DNA from: Squalus acanthias
Taxonomy: Eukaryota
Assembly (NCBI GenBank): GCA_030390025.1
Contig: CM059425.1
Coordinates: forward strand, 178,190,001 to 178,254,000
Direction of reading: 5' to 3'
DNA: 64,000 nt
The translations under genes and the position numbers were made by a program. Below the pieces are notes generated by a model. That model was given only the letters and a program-made list of their open reading frames with translations. It did not search any database and was not told the DNA's origin. This document shows, one piece after another, positions 24,089-38,800 of this stretch (position 1 is the first letter of the stretch; each line of letters opens with the position of its first letter).

Positions 24089-26467
24089 GACCAATGACAT
24101 AGGTAGAACTAAGAATGAGTTTATGCTGAGAGAGTTTGAAGAGTTAGGATCCAAATGAAAACACAGAACCTTAAACGTAATAATCTTTGGATTGTTACCT
24201 GAGCTGCGAGCAAATTGGCACAGGGACAAACCGATTAGAGAGTTAAATGCGTGGCTCAGTGTGGTGTGGGAGGAAAGGGTTTTGATGCATGGGGCACTGG
24301 CACCAGTACTGGGGAAAGAGGGAGCTGTTCCGTTTGGACGGGCTCCACTTAAACCGGGCTGGGATCAGTGTCCTGGTGAATCAAATAACTAGGGCTGTAG
24401 ATAGGGCTTTAAACTTAAAAAAAAAAAGGAGGGCCGGAGGGGTCAGGTGAGAGGAAATTTAGAAATCTAAAGAGAGAAGTCAAGGCAATGAAGCAATATA
24501 GCGATTTGGACAAAGATAAGCAGAGTGTAACAGGAAGGGACAGAGAACTTAATGGTAATAGTGCATCAGTGAATAAGGTGAAAGCAGGGAATAATGGTAA
24601 AAAGTTGAAATTAAAGGCTCTTTATCTGAATGCACGAAGCATTCATAACAAGGGATCTACAAGAAATGAAACCAGCCTAAATATAAACGAAACAGGATAA
24701 GAGAGCATAGGAAGGACTAAACTAAGGGAGGATATAGATTGCCAGGGAATAAATAGTTATAGAACATGAGTGTAAAAAGATGGTTGAAAATAAAGTGAGA
24801 GGAACTGCTGTTAAAAATGAGTTAAACTGTCTGTAATAAAACAGGGGAACTGGAGGCAATAATACATTGTGTGGAAGCAGATATAATAGGGATTACTGAG
24901 ACATAGCCACAGAAAAATCAGGACTGGGAATTAAACATTGCAGGGTACAACATATTTAGAAAATATATAAAGGGGGGGAGGTGGAGTAGCTGTACTTATT
25001 AGGGATAACATAATTGCAGTAGAAAAAAGTGATGCAGCTATCAGTAAGACAGAAATAGAATCCATGTGGATAGAGATAAAAGATAATAAAGAATCAATCA
25101 CACTAATAGGGCTAGTCTACAGACTACTTAATAGTGGAAGGGAGGTGGAGGAAGAAATATGCAAACAAATTGGGGAAATTAATAAAAAAAACATAGAATA
25201 ATAATCAAGGGAGATTTCAACTACCCTAAAATTAATTGGCCAGAACAGCTCGATAAAGGGGATAAGGGAATGGAGTTCCTACAATGTGTACAGGACTCCT
25301 TTCTAACCCAATATGTAAGAAGCCTGACAAGGGAGGATTCACTACTGGATCTAGTAATGGGGATTGAAACAGAGCAAATAAGAGAAGTAAAAGTAGGGGA
25401 ACATCTGGGCAATAGTGGCCATAATATAATAGGCTTAAAGATAATAATTGAGAAGAACATAAGTATGATGAAGGCCAGGGTAATAGATTGGAGAAAAGCC
25501 AATTTTGAGGGGCTGAGAATAGAACTTTGGAAAATAAGATGGACAACAATATTGGTAAACAATGATGTAGAACAGCAATGGGAAACATTTAAAATGATGT
25601 TCAACAGAGTCCAGGAAAAATATATTCTGCTAAAAATCAAGAACAAGCTAAACACTAATGAATAAAGACATCAGGGAAAAATTGAGGGTAAGGAAAAAGG
25701 CATACACTAATTACATGGACAGCAGGGGAGAGCATAACAAAGCAAATATGTAACGATTAGGAGAGAAGTCAAAAAAAAATTAGGTAGGCAAAGAGGAACT
25801 ATGAAATTAAATTATCAAGGAACATAAAACAAAATAGTAAAATATTCTACAGGCACATAAATAAAAAAGGAAAGTCAGGACAGGAATAGGCCCACTAAGG
25901 GACAGTCATGATAAAGAACAGGCAGCGATAGCGAAATGCAGAAATATTAAATAATTACTTTGCTTCAGTATTTACCAGGGAGACCGATCAGGTGGACATG
26001 ATATCATAAAATGAGATTAGAAATTATATAAACGCATTTAAAGTAAAAAGAGGAGAAATATTAAATAAACTAATCAAACTCAAAGAGGATTAAACCCCTG
26101 GTCCGGACGGATTACATCCACGCATTTTTAAAAAATCTAGGGAAGAGATAGCAGAGGCACTATTGCATATATTTAATAATTCATTAGAAAAAGGTGTAGT
26201 GCCAGAGGACTGGCGGATAGCTAATGTAATACCGATATTTAAGAAGGGAGATAGAACATGTCCCGGGAACTATAGACCAGTCAGCTTAACATCGGTGGTA
26301 GGAAAATAATGGAATCCCTACTGAAGGAAAAAATAGAAGAACATCTAGAAACCAAAAATATAATAATGAATAGTCAGCATAGATTTCAAAAGAGAAAGTC
26401 TTGCTTGACCAACCTCATTGAAATTTTTGAAGAGGTAACAGACAGTAGACAAGGATACTGCAGTAGA

Positions 26468-26952
26468 TTTTTTTTTAATTTGTTTATGGGATGTGGGCAT
26501 CGCTGGCAAGGCCAGCATTTATTGCCCGTCCCTAATTGCCCTTGAGAAGGTGGTGGTGAGCCGCCTTCTTGAGCCGCTGCAGTCCGTGTGGTGAAGGTAC
26601 TCCCACAGTGCTGTTGGGTAGGGAGTTCCAGGGTTTTGACCCAGCAACGATGAAGGATCGGTGATATACTTCTAAGTCAGGATGGTGTGTGACTTGGAGG
26701 GGAACTTGGAAGTGGTGGTGTTCCCATGCACCTGCTGCCCTTGTCCTTCTAGGTGGAAGAGGTCGCGCGTTTGGGAGGTGCTGCCGAAGAAACCTTGGCG
26801 AGTTGCTGCAGTGCATCTTGTAGATGGTACACACTGCAGCCACGGTACACCAGTGGTGGAGGGAGGGAATTTTTAAGGTGGCCGATGGGGTGCCAATCAA
26901 GTGGGCTGCTTAGTCCTGGATGGTGTCGAGCTTCTTCAGTGTTGTTGGAGCT
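26468..26952 (-). mobile_element. LINE family 2 3' fragment inside CR1 RT
   Basis: Closely matches 13890-14365; poly(T) at the left edge. Confidence 0.9.
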
Positions 26953-27827
26953 GTAATTTATCTAGATTTCCAAAAGGCCTTCGATAAGGTACCACATAAT
27001 AGACTAATGAATAAGGTCAGAGAATGTGGAGTCAGGGGACAAGTAGCAGAATGGATAGCTAGCTAGCTTCAAGACTGAAAGCAGAGTGTAGGGGTAAAGG
27101 GTAGCTATTCTGAGTGGCAGAAGGTGGAAAGTGGGGTCCCACAAGGATCAGTGCTGGGACCACTGTTGTTCACAATTAATATTAACAATTTAGATTTTGG
27201 AATCAAAACACAATTTCTAAATTTGCGGATGACACCAAATTGGGGGGGGGGATGGATAGTCAATACTGAGGAGGACTGCAACAAATTACAAGAAGACATT
27301 AATAAACTTGCAGAATGGGCATATAATTGGCTAATGAATTTCAACACAGATAAATGTGAGGTATTACATTTTGGTAAGAAAAATAAGGAGGTCACACATT
27401 ATTTGGAAAATAAGAATCTAAATGGGGTAGAGGAGCAAGGGGCTCTCTGAGTACAAATACACAAATCACAAAGTACTGACGCAGGTTAATAAGGCCATAA
27501 AAAAGCAAACAAAGCACTAGAGTTTATTTCTAGAGGGATAGAATTTCAAAGTAGTGAAGTTATGCTAAACTTGTATCGAACCTTGGTTAGACCACACTTG
27601 GAGTACTGCATATAGTTCTGGTCGCCATATTATAAAAAGGATATAGAGGCACTGGATAGGGTGCTAAAAAGATTTACAAGGATGATACCAGAAATACGAG
27701 GGTATACATATCAGGAAAGGATGAACAGGCTGTGTCTCTTTTCTCTTGAAAAGAGAAGGCTGATAGGTGACCGAATAGAAGTCTTTAAAATTAAGAAAGG
27801 TTGTGATAGAGTACACACAGAGATAGT

Positions 27828-28668
27828 GGGCTGGATTTTCTCAGCCCCGAGGAGGCGGGCATGGAGGCGGGACTGCCGGTAAAGTAGCAGAAAGTGGGGG
27901 CGGATGGCAAACCCCATCCCACCTCCGTGCCCTTTTGCCAGGAGGCGGGAAGATATGTTGCTTCGGGTCCCGTCTCCTGGAGGCAGGAAAGGGATTAAAT
28001 CCTTTTAACTGCCTGTTAACAGGTAGTTAACAGGTAGAAAAAAGGATTAGTCCCATTTTACCTTCTCAGGTGAAGGCTTCCCGACCTCGGAGAACCCCGC
28101 CGGGTTGGAGGAGTCGAGTAGGAGGTCTGCAGGGGTCGGAGGCACCTGAAAGTAAGATGTAGAGGTGAGTAATGGGTGCAGGTATGGAGTGGTAAGTATG
28201 GAAGGTGAGTGTTAAGTGTTAAAAAATGTTCACTTACCTTGTTTTCTGCCTACAGCCTTCATCCACCCTGGATCGGGAGACCCGACATCTTCCTTGTCGA
28301 TTTCACAGACTGGCTGTTGGATCCTCCGACCCAACAGCCATCTGAAATCTACAAAGTTGAAAGGTTTGATGAGTCCTGAACACAAGGGCTCATCAAACTA
28401 CAGAGAATGTCAGTGTTTGACAGCTTCACAGAGCTGTCAAACTCTGACATTTCTTCTATCAAGACATCTTGACAGATAGCACGTCAGACGTTGACGTGCT
28501 CTGTCAGTGACTTCCCCCCTAATTGGCCTGCTGAGCCTGCAGGGCAGGCTTAACAAGGTCAAACAGGGGAAAATCCCTCTGGTTGGCCAGAAGATGATGG
28601 AGGCGGGACATTGACCCGACAAGCAGCAGTCCCGCCTCCAACTCATCTCCATTGAGAAAATCCAGCCC
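27828..28668. mobile_element. Harbinger-type MITE family C
   Basis: Perfect 16-bp TIR GGGCTGGATTTTCTCA; AGT duplicated. Confidence 0.9.
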
Positions 28669-29505
28669 AGTGTTTCCATTTGTGGGGAAGAGCAAAACTA
28701 GAGGCCATCAATATAGGATAGTCACCAAGAAATCAAATAGGGAATTCAGAAAAAACTTCTTTACCCAGAGAATGGTGAGAATGTGAAACTCACTACTACA
28801 GGGAGTGGTTGAAGCAAAAAGTATAGATGCATTTAAGTGGAGGCTAGATAAGCATATGAGGGAGAAGGGAATAGAGGGTTATGCTGATAGAGTTAGATGA
28901 GGAAAGACGGGTGGAGGCTTGAGCGGAGCATAAACACCAGCATGGACTGGTTGGGCCGAATGGCCTGTTTCTGTACAGTACATCCTATGTAACCCGATGT
29001 AATTTATATTTTTGTAAAGAAAACCAAATCTTGTACTCAGCCCAGGACAATGGTCTTGAAATTCCACAGGGCTACATATGCTGCCACTGCACCCCTCAGA
29101 TGGAACTTGTGCCCACTGATGCTGTACAGCACTGACCCTGCATGTCCTTTGGCAGTTTTTTAGCAAAGGTTTCAGCGTAACTATAGTGTAAGAGTGATGT
29201 TGCGCTGGGTTTGTTTTGCAAGGAGATTTGTGCATAACTGATTTATACGAGTTTTACACTATGCACAAATTTTCTCAATTGTTTACGCTGTTTCCGAGAT
29301 ACTCCAGCAAAACCCTCTGCAGCTCATTTACATAGCTCCACCCACATGCAAAAGACCAGGTCACGCTGGATTTATACACTCTGTGTGTGGAAGAACAGAG
29401 GGATTTGGGGTATGCGTTCACAGGAAATTAAAGGCAGCACCTCGGGTTATTAAGGCTATTCAAAAAAAAACTAATGGAATTCTAGGTTTTACCACAAGAG
29501 ATCTT

Positions 29506-31320
29506 GGGCTAGAGATTCGTTATAGCCAAGGAATGGGCAGTGTTTAGATTAAAAATGGTGAATTAGCGCCAGGTGAAAAACATCTAGACTACACACAAAA
29601 TTCGTCCTCACTCCTCATTAAAATGATTGGAGCCATAAATCTAGTCTAAAAACCCAAGCTTATTGGCGTTACACTGAAAAGATGGACCAATATCGGGTGT
29701 AGTCTAAATGCAAGTAATGATTGCCATAGGCTTTTTTCACTGCTTAAAGGGGAGGCCCATTGATGCTGCAGTACCTCATTCTCAGCATTGTTGAGTGTAC
29801 AGCTGCCTCAACAACCATAAGAAGGACGACAAAGAGAAGGAGCACTTATTTACAAATGCTGATGGTGGATCGCCGCCCCAGGGAGAGCGCCCGGGGGTTT
29901 TCCGAGGAAGCTTTGGAGGCATTGGTTTTTTAGGTGGAGAGAAGGCGAGCAGTCCTGTACAAACTGGCAGGAGGCCCTCGCCACAAGTCTGCTGGGCTAT
30001 GTGGAGGGAGGTGGCACACCACATCACGGGCAGCACTGTGCTCCTCAGGACCCATACCCAGTGTAGGAGGAAGTTTAACGAGCTCACATGGGTGGTCAGG
30101 GTGAGTGAAGGCTTCAACAAAAGTTACATACCACCATCTGTAACACAAGTTTCATACACTGCTCAATGTACCACACCCCCAGCACTCACTCACCAACAAT
30201 CTCTACCTAGCAACACTCACACCCACATCTCACACCTTGCACACAATGACAGCTGTTCAACTATGGCAGGCACAAGGGTCATTAGTGATTAGAATTCATG
30301 TGATATGTTTATAGATAAATTTATTAATGGTATTTGGAATATTTTGTGGTCTCTCTCATTTCACCTTTGTGCCCAGGAGGACTCTGTGATACGCCATGAG
30401 ACAGGAATTGTATGATGGGGATGTGGTGAACGACGGGGATCTGGGGTTTCATTCAACATGAATCAGAGTCTGATGAGCCGGTCATGAACAGCCTGTCCAG
30501 AAGGCCGATTGTCTCGCTGCCTCCACCTTCCCTCCTGGTCCTCCTCCTCGTTCCCCCTCCTCCTCGTTCCCCCTCCTCCTCGTTCCCCTTCCTCCTCGTT
30601 CCCCTTCCTCCTCGTTCCCCTTCCTCCTCGTTCCCCCTCCTCCTCGTTCCCCCTCCTCCTCGTTCCCCCTCCTCCTCGTTCCCCTTCCTCCTCGTTCCCC
30701 CTCCTCCTCGTTCCCCCTCCTCCTCGTTCCCCCTCCTCCTCATTCCCCCTCCTCCTCGTTCCCCCTCCTCCTCGTTCCCCCTCCTCCTCGTTTCCCCTCC
30801 TCCTTGTCCTCCTCTGGTAATGCCGCAATCCCGCAGCCCCCATGACTGTGAGGAAGTGTTGTGAGCAGAAGCCTTTAACAAATAATGAGTGACTTCTGCA
30901 CTTTAATGAACACTCCCTGTCACCAAAAAAATCTTGAAATAACTAAAGAGAGCTGTTTCAGTTGCAGGAAGTAGCAAACAAGCACTAAAACTGCAAAACC
31001 CTGTCAGGTACAGCTGATTGGGGATGGAGCCTTTAAATAACGCTGCTGCAGCCTGCTTTCTGCTTGTAGACGTCAGCTCTCCTTGTTGTTGTTCTGCGCT
31101 GCCGTTAAGGTAAGTTGGAGATCGGGCGTCCAGTGAGCGTTGCACACTCACTGATGTCACAATCTCCATGATGGTGACCTCCCTGGCGCTAGGGTTTACC
31201 GGCAGCGCTACCGGCACCACCAATATGATGTGTGGCACTGGAACCAGCATCAGCTGTTGTTACAGCTGTCAACGGCATTTTCAGCGCCATCTCCTGGCGC
31301 AAACCACACATTTTTCCCCC
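29506..31320 (+). mobile_element. Deleted Harbinger element (Myb/SANT remnant on +, transposase C-terminal remnant on -) within an old CR1 fragment
   Basis: Left end paralogous to 5743; WREVAHHITG...RTHTQCRRKFNELTWVVR; minus strand QAVHDRLIRL; right end TTTTTCCCCC. Confidence 0.82.
30540..30803. repeat. 16-bp minisatellite (ttccccctcctcctcg)n
   Basis: About 16 tandem units. Confidence 0.95.
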
Positions 31321-31370
31321 ACAGAATGTAAAAGCCAAGATGCAATGATGAGCTTATATAAAACCATATT

Positions 31371-32133
31371 GGCCCAGATTTTGCTGTGAGCAGTGAAGGA
31401 AAGGCTTTTGCCGTTCACCTTGCCTACAGTTGCCCAGAGACTTTTCACGAGCTTGTCAGCGGAGATTTCTCATTTTTGGGCGTCTGATCCAATGCGGCGC
31501 CCTCTATCTGTGGCATCTGTGAGCAGGAGGAAACAGCATGGAGGATCGTCAATGAATCAGAATGAAGAATCCTCCGAGACATGCAGGAAGTAAAAAACCG
31601 GAAATATAAATGATATTTAAATCATTGTACAGGAAGCAAAATTAAGATAAGAACATACACATGGGATTAAGGGAGAGACATAAGAGAAAAACAGACAAAC
31701 TAAAAAAAAATATTTTAGTTTTTTTTTAAATCTACAATATTAATTTTCTTCTGAGGGAATGAGACTCCACACATATAAAATTAATTTTTCAGGGCCAGAA
31801 GGGTTGTTCAGCATTAATGATCACTTATTGCACCATTAAAAACTCAACTATTCCTGACTGAACAAGCCCTAACTTTTTCATCTGTTCTTAGTGCAAGAAT
31901 AGTAATGGGTAATTAATCTAAGTTCACACCGTTACAGTGATCTCTGGGCAGATTCCATCGGCAAAGACTGCAACAGTGCAGCCTGTGGAGGAGCAGGGTA
32001 TCACTGACAGCAACTTCCGGATTTCCGTGTTTAACTGCGCATGTGCGGACGCCAGAAGTTGCTGTCAGTTTTACCCTGTAATAACAGCGAGCACTGACCA
32101 CCTCACCATCATTAGTACAGTAAAATCCGGGCC
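31371..32133. mobile_element. Harbinger-type MITE family A, uninterrupted
   Basis: GGCCCAGATTTT / AAAATCCGGGCC; CR1 coding (SLYKT...RPQLEY) continues across it. Confidence 0.85.
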
Positions 32134-33629
32134 AATAAGACCTCAATTAGAGTACCGTGTGCAGTATTTGGCTTCACACTATAGGAAGAATATTGAGGCT
32201 TTAGAGAGGTTACAATACAGGATGGTACAGCATGAGGAAATTACAAATACAAAGAAAGACTTGAAAATTGGGGATTTCCTTGTTAAAACATACATTAAAA
32301 GTATGGGTCATTAAAGGTCCAATCTCACCACCTTCCCATTGACTTCCCCCCTCTTGGACATACCTCAGGTCCTCAGCCGGTATCCCAGCCAGCTGATTTC
32401 ACGATGCCCGTGACCAATGAGCTGTCTCTAGGGCCGCGACTGGTGCCCAAAGCATACCGGTAACATACAAATGAGGCCGGCGGACCAATTTGCCGTGGTG
32501 CTGTCGCCGGCCTCTTTAGGTGCCTGCAGCATATGCTGTCCCCGGAACCCCCACCTGGGCATGATCCAACTTTCCAGGCCACCAGCTGCAATTCAGTTTG
32601 GGATAAGTGGGTCCCATTGGGGAATTCAATGCACTGAGATGGAAACAGCATCCAGTCAGCATTAAGAGCTATTAAAAGTGATTAATTGGAATTATTACAC
32701 AATAGGTGATAAAATAAAGTGGCAAAAATATAACCTTGCTTTCCTTATTTGAAACATAAATTAATCTTCCTGTTTTTAATGGTATGGTATCTCTTATTTT
32801 AAATTTTCAACGTATTTAATCGTTTCAGAATATTCTGTTACGTAGAATCAGCCTTTAAATTGATAGCAGATGGGTGGGTTCTGGGTGGCCATTTGTGAAA
32901 ATTCAAGTTCGGTTTTCCACAAAAGGAATTCTGTGGTTTGCGGGGTCAGGAGAGTGGGAAATTTAACAATGCAGTTGCTGGAACAACGGAGAACACAGCA
33001 ATTAGGGTTACCAAGACATTCCACCAGATTATTTGTGTCTTCTCATTTTTAGTAGCTGAAGGAAAGAGATTCATTACAAATCCTTTTTTAATTGTAAACT
33101 TATTTGTGATTTGACAATAGCTTTGAATTGCTCAACAGTAGATCTTCACACTGAACCCAATGTTGAATGTGGAGGGCTGGGGCGAAGAAAGTGTCTTTCT
33201 CTGATGGCCTAGCGTGAGACAGAGACTTCAAGGGGTGGGAGGGGGCTGTGGTGAACAAACTTAAGAAATAAACACACACAATTGTTTTACTGAAATGTTT
33301 TAACATTATCGAGGCAACACATTGCTCCTTAAAGGATATATAAACAGTACGTAGATACATCCATGAGCCCACCCATTTTAAAAGATGTCCAGTATTTGAT
33401 AAAGCAACAAAAATAATATATATATGAAGTTTGGTTAAAATCCGGTGAAGCAGTATTGTTATTGAGGGCTTATAGTGACATAAAATTTTTCCAGCTGTTA
33501 ATGAAACAGGCAGACTCAAAATGAAGGGAGAGCAGCAAGAATTGTGGCACATTGTGCAATGAGTTTGCATGCAGCGCTCACGTGAAACAAAGAAGTTTCA
33601 GTGTAAAAAATGACGAGAAACTACAATTT

Positions 33630-34680
33630 ATTTTTACTCGTTCCTGGGATGTGGGCATCACTGGCAAGGCCAGCATTTATTGCCCATCCTTAGTTGCCCT
33701 TGAGAAGGTGGTGGTGAGCCGCCTTCTTGAACTGCTGCAGTCTGTGTGGTGAAGGTACTCCCACAGTGTTGTTAGAGAGGGAGTTCCAGGATTTTGACCA
33801 AGTCAGGACGGTGTGTAACTTAGAGGGGAACTTGGAGGTGGTGGTGTTCCCATGCGACTGCTGCCCTTGTCCTTCTAGGTGGTAGAGGTCGCAGGTTTGG
33901 GAGGTGCTGCCGAAGAAGCCTTGGCGAGTTGCTGCAGTGCATCTTGTAGATGGTACACACTGCAGACACGTTGCACCGGTGGTGGAGGGAGTGAATGTTT
34001 AAGGTGGTGGATGGGGTGTCAATCAAGTGGGCTGCTTTGTCCTGGATGGTGTCGAGCTTCTTCAGTGTTGTTGGAGCTGCACTCATCCAGGCAAGTGGAG
34101 AGTATTCCATCACACTCCTTACTTGTGCCTTGTAGATGGTGGAAGGGCTTTGGGGAGTCAGGAGGTGAGACAGTCGCCACAGAATACCTAGCCTCTGACC
34201 TGCTCTTGTTGCCACAGTATTTTGGTCCAGTTAAGTTTCTGGTCAATGGTGATGGTGGGGGATTCAGCAATGGTAATGCTGTTGAATTTCAAGGGGCGGT
34301 GATTAGACTCTCGCTTGTTGGAGATAGTCATTGCCTGGCACTTGTGTGGCGCGAATGTTACTTGCCACTTATCAGCCCAAGCCTGAATGTCATCCAGGTC
34401 TTGCTGCATTCGGGCATAGACTGCTTCATTTTCTGAGGAGTTGTGAATGGAACTGAACACTGTGCAATCATCAGTGAACATCCCCACTTCTGACCTTATG
34501 ATGGAGGGAAGGTCATTGATGAAGCAGCTGAAGATGGTTGGGCCCAGGACACTGCCCTGAGGACCTCCTACAGCGATGTTCTGCGGCTGAGATGATTGAC
34601 CTTCAACCACCACAACCATCTTCCTTTGTGCTAGGTAGGATTCCAGTCAGTGGAGAGTTTTCCCCCTGATTCCCAATTGG
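33630..34680 (-). mobile_element. LINE family 2 3' portion
   Basis: PQGSVLGPTIF, FTDD and C-terminal domain match 13900-14990. Confidence 0.9.
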
Positions 34681-35068
34681 GATTCAGTTTCTTCTTTATG
34701 TACACAGTGGGTTATTTCTATTGTGAACTAGATGTTCATTCATTAGTTTCTAAAAATTACAGTGCGCAGATGCTACTGCTGTGGATAATTATACTGAGTC
34801 TCTGCACAATTGCAGGAATGATTAGAACTCACTCTCACTAGTGAGATATTCTACTTATTCCATGGGCGATTACTCCATTGGAATCTTAGACAACATTTTT
34901 AAAAACTTACTCTGGAATATTGTCTAAGTGATAATGCACAGATGAAATGCTTCTCTCAGTCCACTCAATTTCATCAGGGCTTAGTTTTTCACTGCTATTA
35001 CCAATAGTACTTATATATCAATGATAATATTCCAGTATAATATCTGATTGGGGATTCGATAGTCAGGG

Positions 35069-35884
35069 GGACAGACAGGCATCTGCGACAGGTAAATTGG
35101 TGAGGATGAAGTCAACTAAGTTTTTCCCTCGTGTTGGGAACCGCTGGCCCAGTCTGGCAGCAATGTCCTTCAGGACTCGGCCAGCTCGGTCAGTAGTGAT
35201 GCTACTGAGCCACTCTTGGTGGACATTGAAGTTCCCCACCCAGAGTACATCCTGTGCCCTTGCTACTCTCAGTGCTACTTCCAAGTGGTGTTCAACATGG
35301 AGGAGTACTAATTCATCAGCTGAGGGAGGGCGGTAGGTAGTAATCAGCAGGAGGTTTCCTTGCCCATGCTTGACCTGAAGCCATGAGACTTCATGGGGTC
35401 TGGAGTCAATTTTGAGGACTCCCAGGGCCACTCCCTCACAACTGTATACCACTGTGCCCCACCTCTGGTGGGTCTGTCCTGCCGGTGGGACAGGACATAC
35501 CCAGGTATGGTGATGGAGGAGTCTGGGACATTGGCTGAAAGGTATGATTCTGTGAGTATGACTATGTCAGGCTGTTGCTTAACTAGTCTGTGGGACAGCT
35601 CTCCCAATTTTGGCACAAGTCCCCAGATGTTGGTGAGGAGGACTTTGCAGGGTCGACTGGGCTGGGTGTGCCATTGTCGTGTCTGAAGCCAGTGCCGAGG
35701 TCGATGCCGGGGGGATCCGTCTGGATTTATTCTTATTTTTTTTCATAGTGGTTTGGAACAACTGAGTGGTTTGCTAGGCCATTTCAGATGGCAGTTAAGA
35801 GTCAACCACATTGCTGTGGGTCAGGAGTCACATATAGCCCAGACCAGGTAAGGACGGCAGATTTCCTTCCCTAAAGGACATTAG
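35069..35884 (-). mobile_element. LINE family 2 5' portion (leader and APE endonuclease)
   Basis: PDIVILTESYL, IPGY...RQDRPTRGG, TTYRPP, VGNFNVH; left end overlaps the sequence at 16170-16210. Confidence 0.85.
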
Positions 35885-38800
35885 TAGAGGCAGAAGGCAT
35901 GGCTGAGGTACTAAATGAGTACTTTGCCTCAGCGTTTACCAAGGAAGAGGACTTTCCCAAAGCTATGGCAAACGAGGAATTTGCTGGGATACTGGATGAG
36001 ATAAAAATAGATAGAGAGGAGGTACGAGACAGGCTGGCGGTAATTAAAGTGGATAAGTCACCCGGTCTGGATGGGATGCATCCTAGGTTGCTGAGGGAAA
36101 TAAGGGTAGAAATTGTGGAGGTGGTGGCCACAAGCTTCCAATCCTTAGGGATGGTGCCAAAGGACTGGAGGATTGCAAATATTACACCTTTGTTCAAAGA
36201 AGGGGAGAAGTATAAACCTGGCAATTACAGGCCAAACAGTTTAACATCGGTGGTGGGAAGCTTTTAGAAACAATGTTGGGAAATTCTTGCGCGCCAACAG
36301 AATTTCCGGTGTCACCGGCAACTCAAGTTAACGGGCGCCGAAAATGGCCGCAGCATTACCATTGAAAAATTGGCTCTGGGGGTTGGTAATGTGGAGCGCA
36401 GCACTAACTTACCATGCAACGCCCACCTGGTGGCATTAATGGTGGTCTCCGACCCGAAGTTCCCATCCACAGTCGGTGTTGCTGCTTCTTACAGCCTCTG
36501 GGAGCGAGGCTGTGGAGTTCGCAAGGCATTTTGGGTAATTAAAGGGGCTATGAATTAAAGGGACAATGCAATCAAAACTAATAAAAATTTAAATCAAGTG
36601 AAAAATGCATTTTTCAGCCCTTAATGCCTTTCAAAAAAAATAAACATTAAAAATAATTCCCTAATGGCAGTCTTCAGCTCTTAAAGCTGAATTCCTTCCC
36701 GCACCTAAAAAAAAAAATGGGAAAAGTGCTTCAGCATTAACCCAAATGGCTCAACAGGCCAGGGAAGAGGCACCCAGGGTCCCGCATGCACCACTCCAGC
36801 TTTGTGCAGGGGATCAACCCTGCACGAGAGGTCCTCTACCCACAGGGGCCAGGAGGCCCTCCAGAAAGAAGGATGTGGGACCACATCACAGCGGCCGTCA
36901 CTGCCAGCAGTGTCGCCCCCCACCACCTGGCTCCAGTGCGCAAAGAAGCTTCATGACCTCAGACCACTGGTCAAGGTCAGTGAATGCATCTTCAAATCCC
37001 GTCTCCTACCAACTGCAACACTAGCCTCACACACTGCTCAATGCACGACTCCCCCCAACCCATGACTCACCTACCAGCAATTTGTATCAATTACGAGGCA
37101 CATCTCCCATTCCTAGCCTCACCTCACCCCCTTGGAGGAGACGGCGGTGACCATTCTTGGCAGGGGCATGGCTGAGCCCTTGGCCAGCGGCAGGGCTGAA
37201 AGGTTACATGATGTTGGTATCCTCATACGTTCTCCTCCTTCTTGCATGTACCTCTTGCTTTCCCGCCCTCCCCTCACCACAACTGCATCCTTGTGCATTC
37301 TTCATTTCACACACCCAAGTAATGCAGTCTGCCCAGCCAGTGGGTGACCAAGAAGAGGGAGAGGAGAGTGAAGAAGATGATTGATTTAACACTCCCAGCC
37401 ACCAGCTCCTCAAGGTCAACCAGCAAGGCCATTTGCAGTATCCCCCACTGAAAGTCAGCAGCCTTCCATCAGCCATGCTGCAGCCATGACATCAGTAGGA
37501 TAGGCAAAGTCACACACAAGATAGTCACTAAGGGAATGCATAAGGGTGATGAGTTAATTTCTTGATGTCATATTGGATGTATGTATAAAGTTGGATTGGA
37601 AAGTTTGCTTTGTGGTGGCTTTTATTTCAACATCGTAGCCAAGAGGACGCTGTGATGGTCAGTAACAGAGGGAAGGTAAAGTCTGGGACTGATGTTGAAA
37701 GGGGAATTGGGGTTGTGATCACTGGGACCACAGGTGGATGATTCCATCCCGGATATCCCAGCCACAAAGGGGCTGTCTGGGATGCATCCTTCTGTCTTCT
37801 TCCTCCTATTCTGTGTCCTGCTCTTCTGTGTCTTCCTCTTCACTCTGAGCGGATGCTGTATATCTGAAATGCCAGCATAAAATGCTAGAAATAATCAGTA
37901 GCTCAGGCAGCATCGCAACCTGAGATGTGAACTCCGTTTCTTTCTCCACGGATGTTGCCTGACCTGTTGAGTATTTGCAGCATTTTCTGTTTTCTCAGAG
38001 GCCTTTCTTTACCATCTGAGGCCTTGCAAGCGTCCAGCAGCCATCCCTACATACTTAAAAAACTTTTAACATCTATTGCAGCAAACCACTACTTCAATAA
38101 AATCAAAGAAGCCCAGTCCAAAAGCTTAACTGCAAACTTACCTGAAAAATGTGTGTGTCCCTTTAAGAGGTGCTGACAGCGCCTCTGTCAGTCTCTTTAC
38201 ACATTGGGTTTCCCTGCCGTGGTTATGACTCAGTGCTGAGCTCAGTGCTAGGGTCGAAGTTGGCCGTGGTGACGTTGCACGCCGACTGACATCACCAATC
38301 CGCCATTTTTTTTGCAGACCGCTAATGCTTACCGACAGCGCTACAGAGAGGACCAAAATGGAGGATGCCGCAGGACCCGCCACCAGTTGATGAAAGAGCA
38401 GCGGCTGCTGCTCTTTCATCATTTTTTTGCCAGTAATAGGTGGTGTTAAGCCCCCGAATTTTTTGTCCAATAATCAGGAAGCAAATTAACAGCCATTTGG
38501 ACAAGCATGGACTAATAAAGGAGAGCCAGCACGGGTTTGTTAAGAGAAAATCATGCTTGACTAACTTGATTGAGTTTTTTGATGAGGGTAGTGCAGTTGA
38601 TGATGTGTATATGGACTTTCAAAAGACATTTGATAAAATACCACGTACTAGGCTTGTTAGCAAAATTGAAGCCCATGGGATAAAAGGGGCAGTAGCAGCA
38701 TGGATACAAAATTGGCTAAGAGATAGAAAACAGAGAGTTGTGGTGAATGGCTGTTTTTTGGACTGGAGTGAGGTATATAGTGGCATTCCCCGAGGTTCAG

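Larger units (their letters stand above)
22060..29000 (+). mobile_element. Near full-length decayed CR1 LINE
   Basis: ORF1 from 22594 (MAVQVVCCNC...HICSKC), esterase VVGDS at about 23860, APE LYLNARSI at about 24620, RT 26090-27450, 3' tail at about 28990; many stops and frameshifts. 5' boundary approximate. Confidence 0.93.

Noticed and set aside
23813..24229. GS-, GV- and TP-repeat proteins
   Set aside because: Translations of the hexamer microsatellite.
33100..33570. 156-aa minus-strand ORF in non-repeat DNA
   Set aside because: No motif or splice context; compatible with chance. The region could still hold regulatory sequence.
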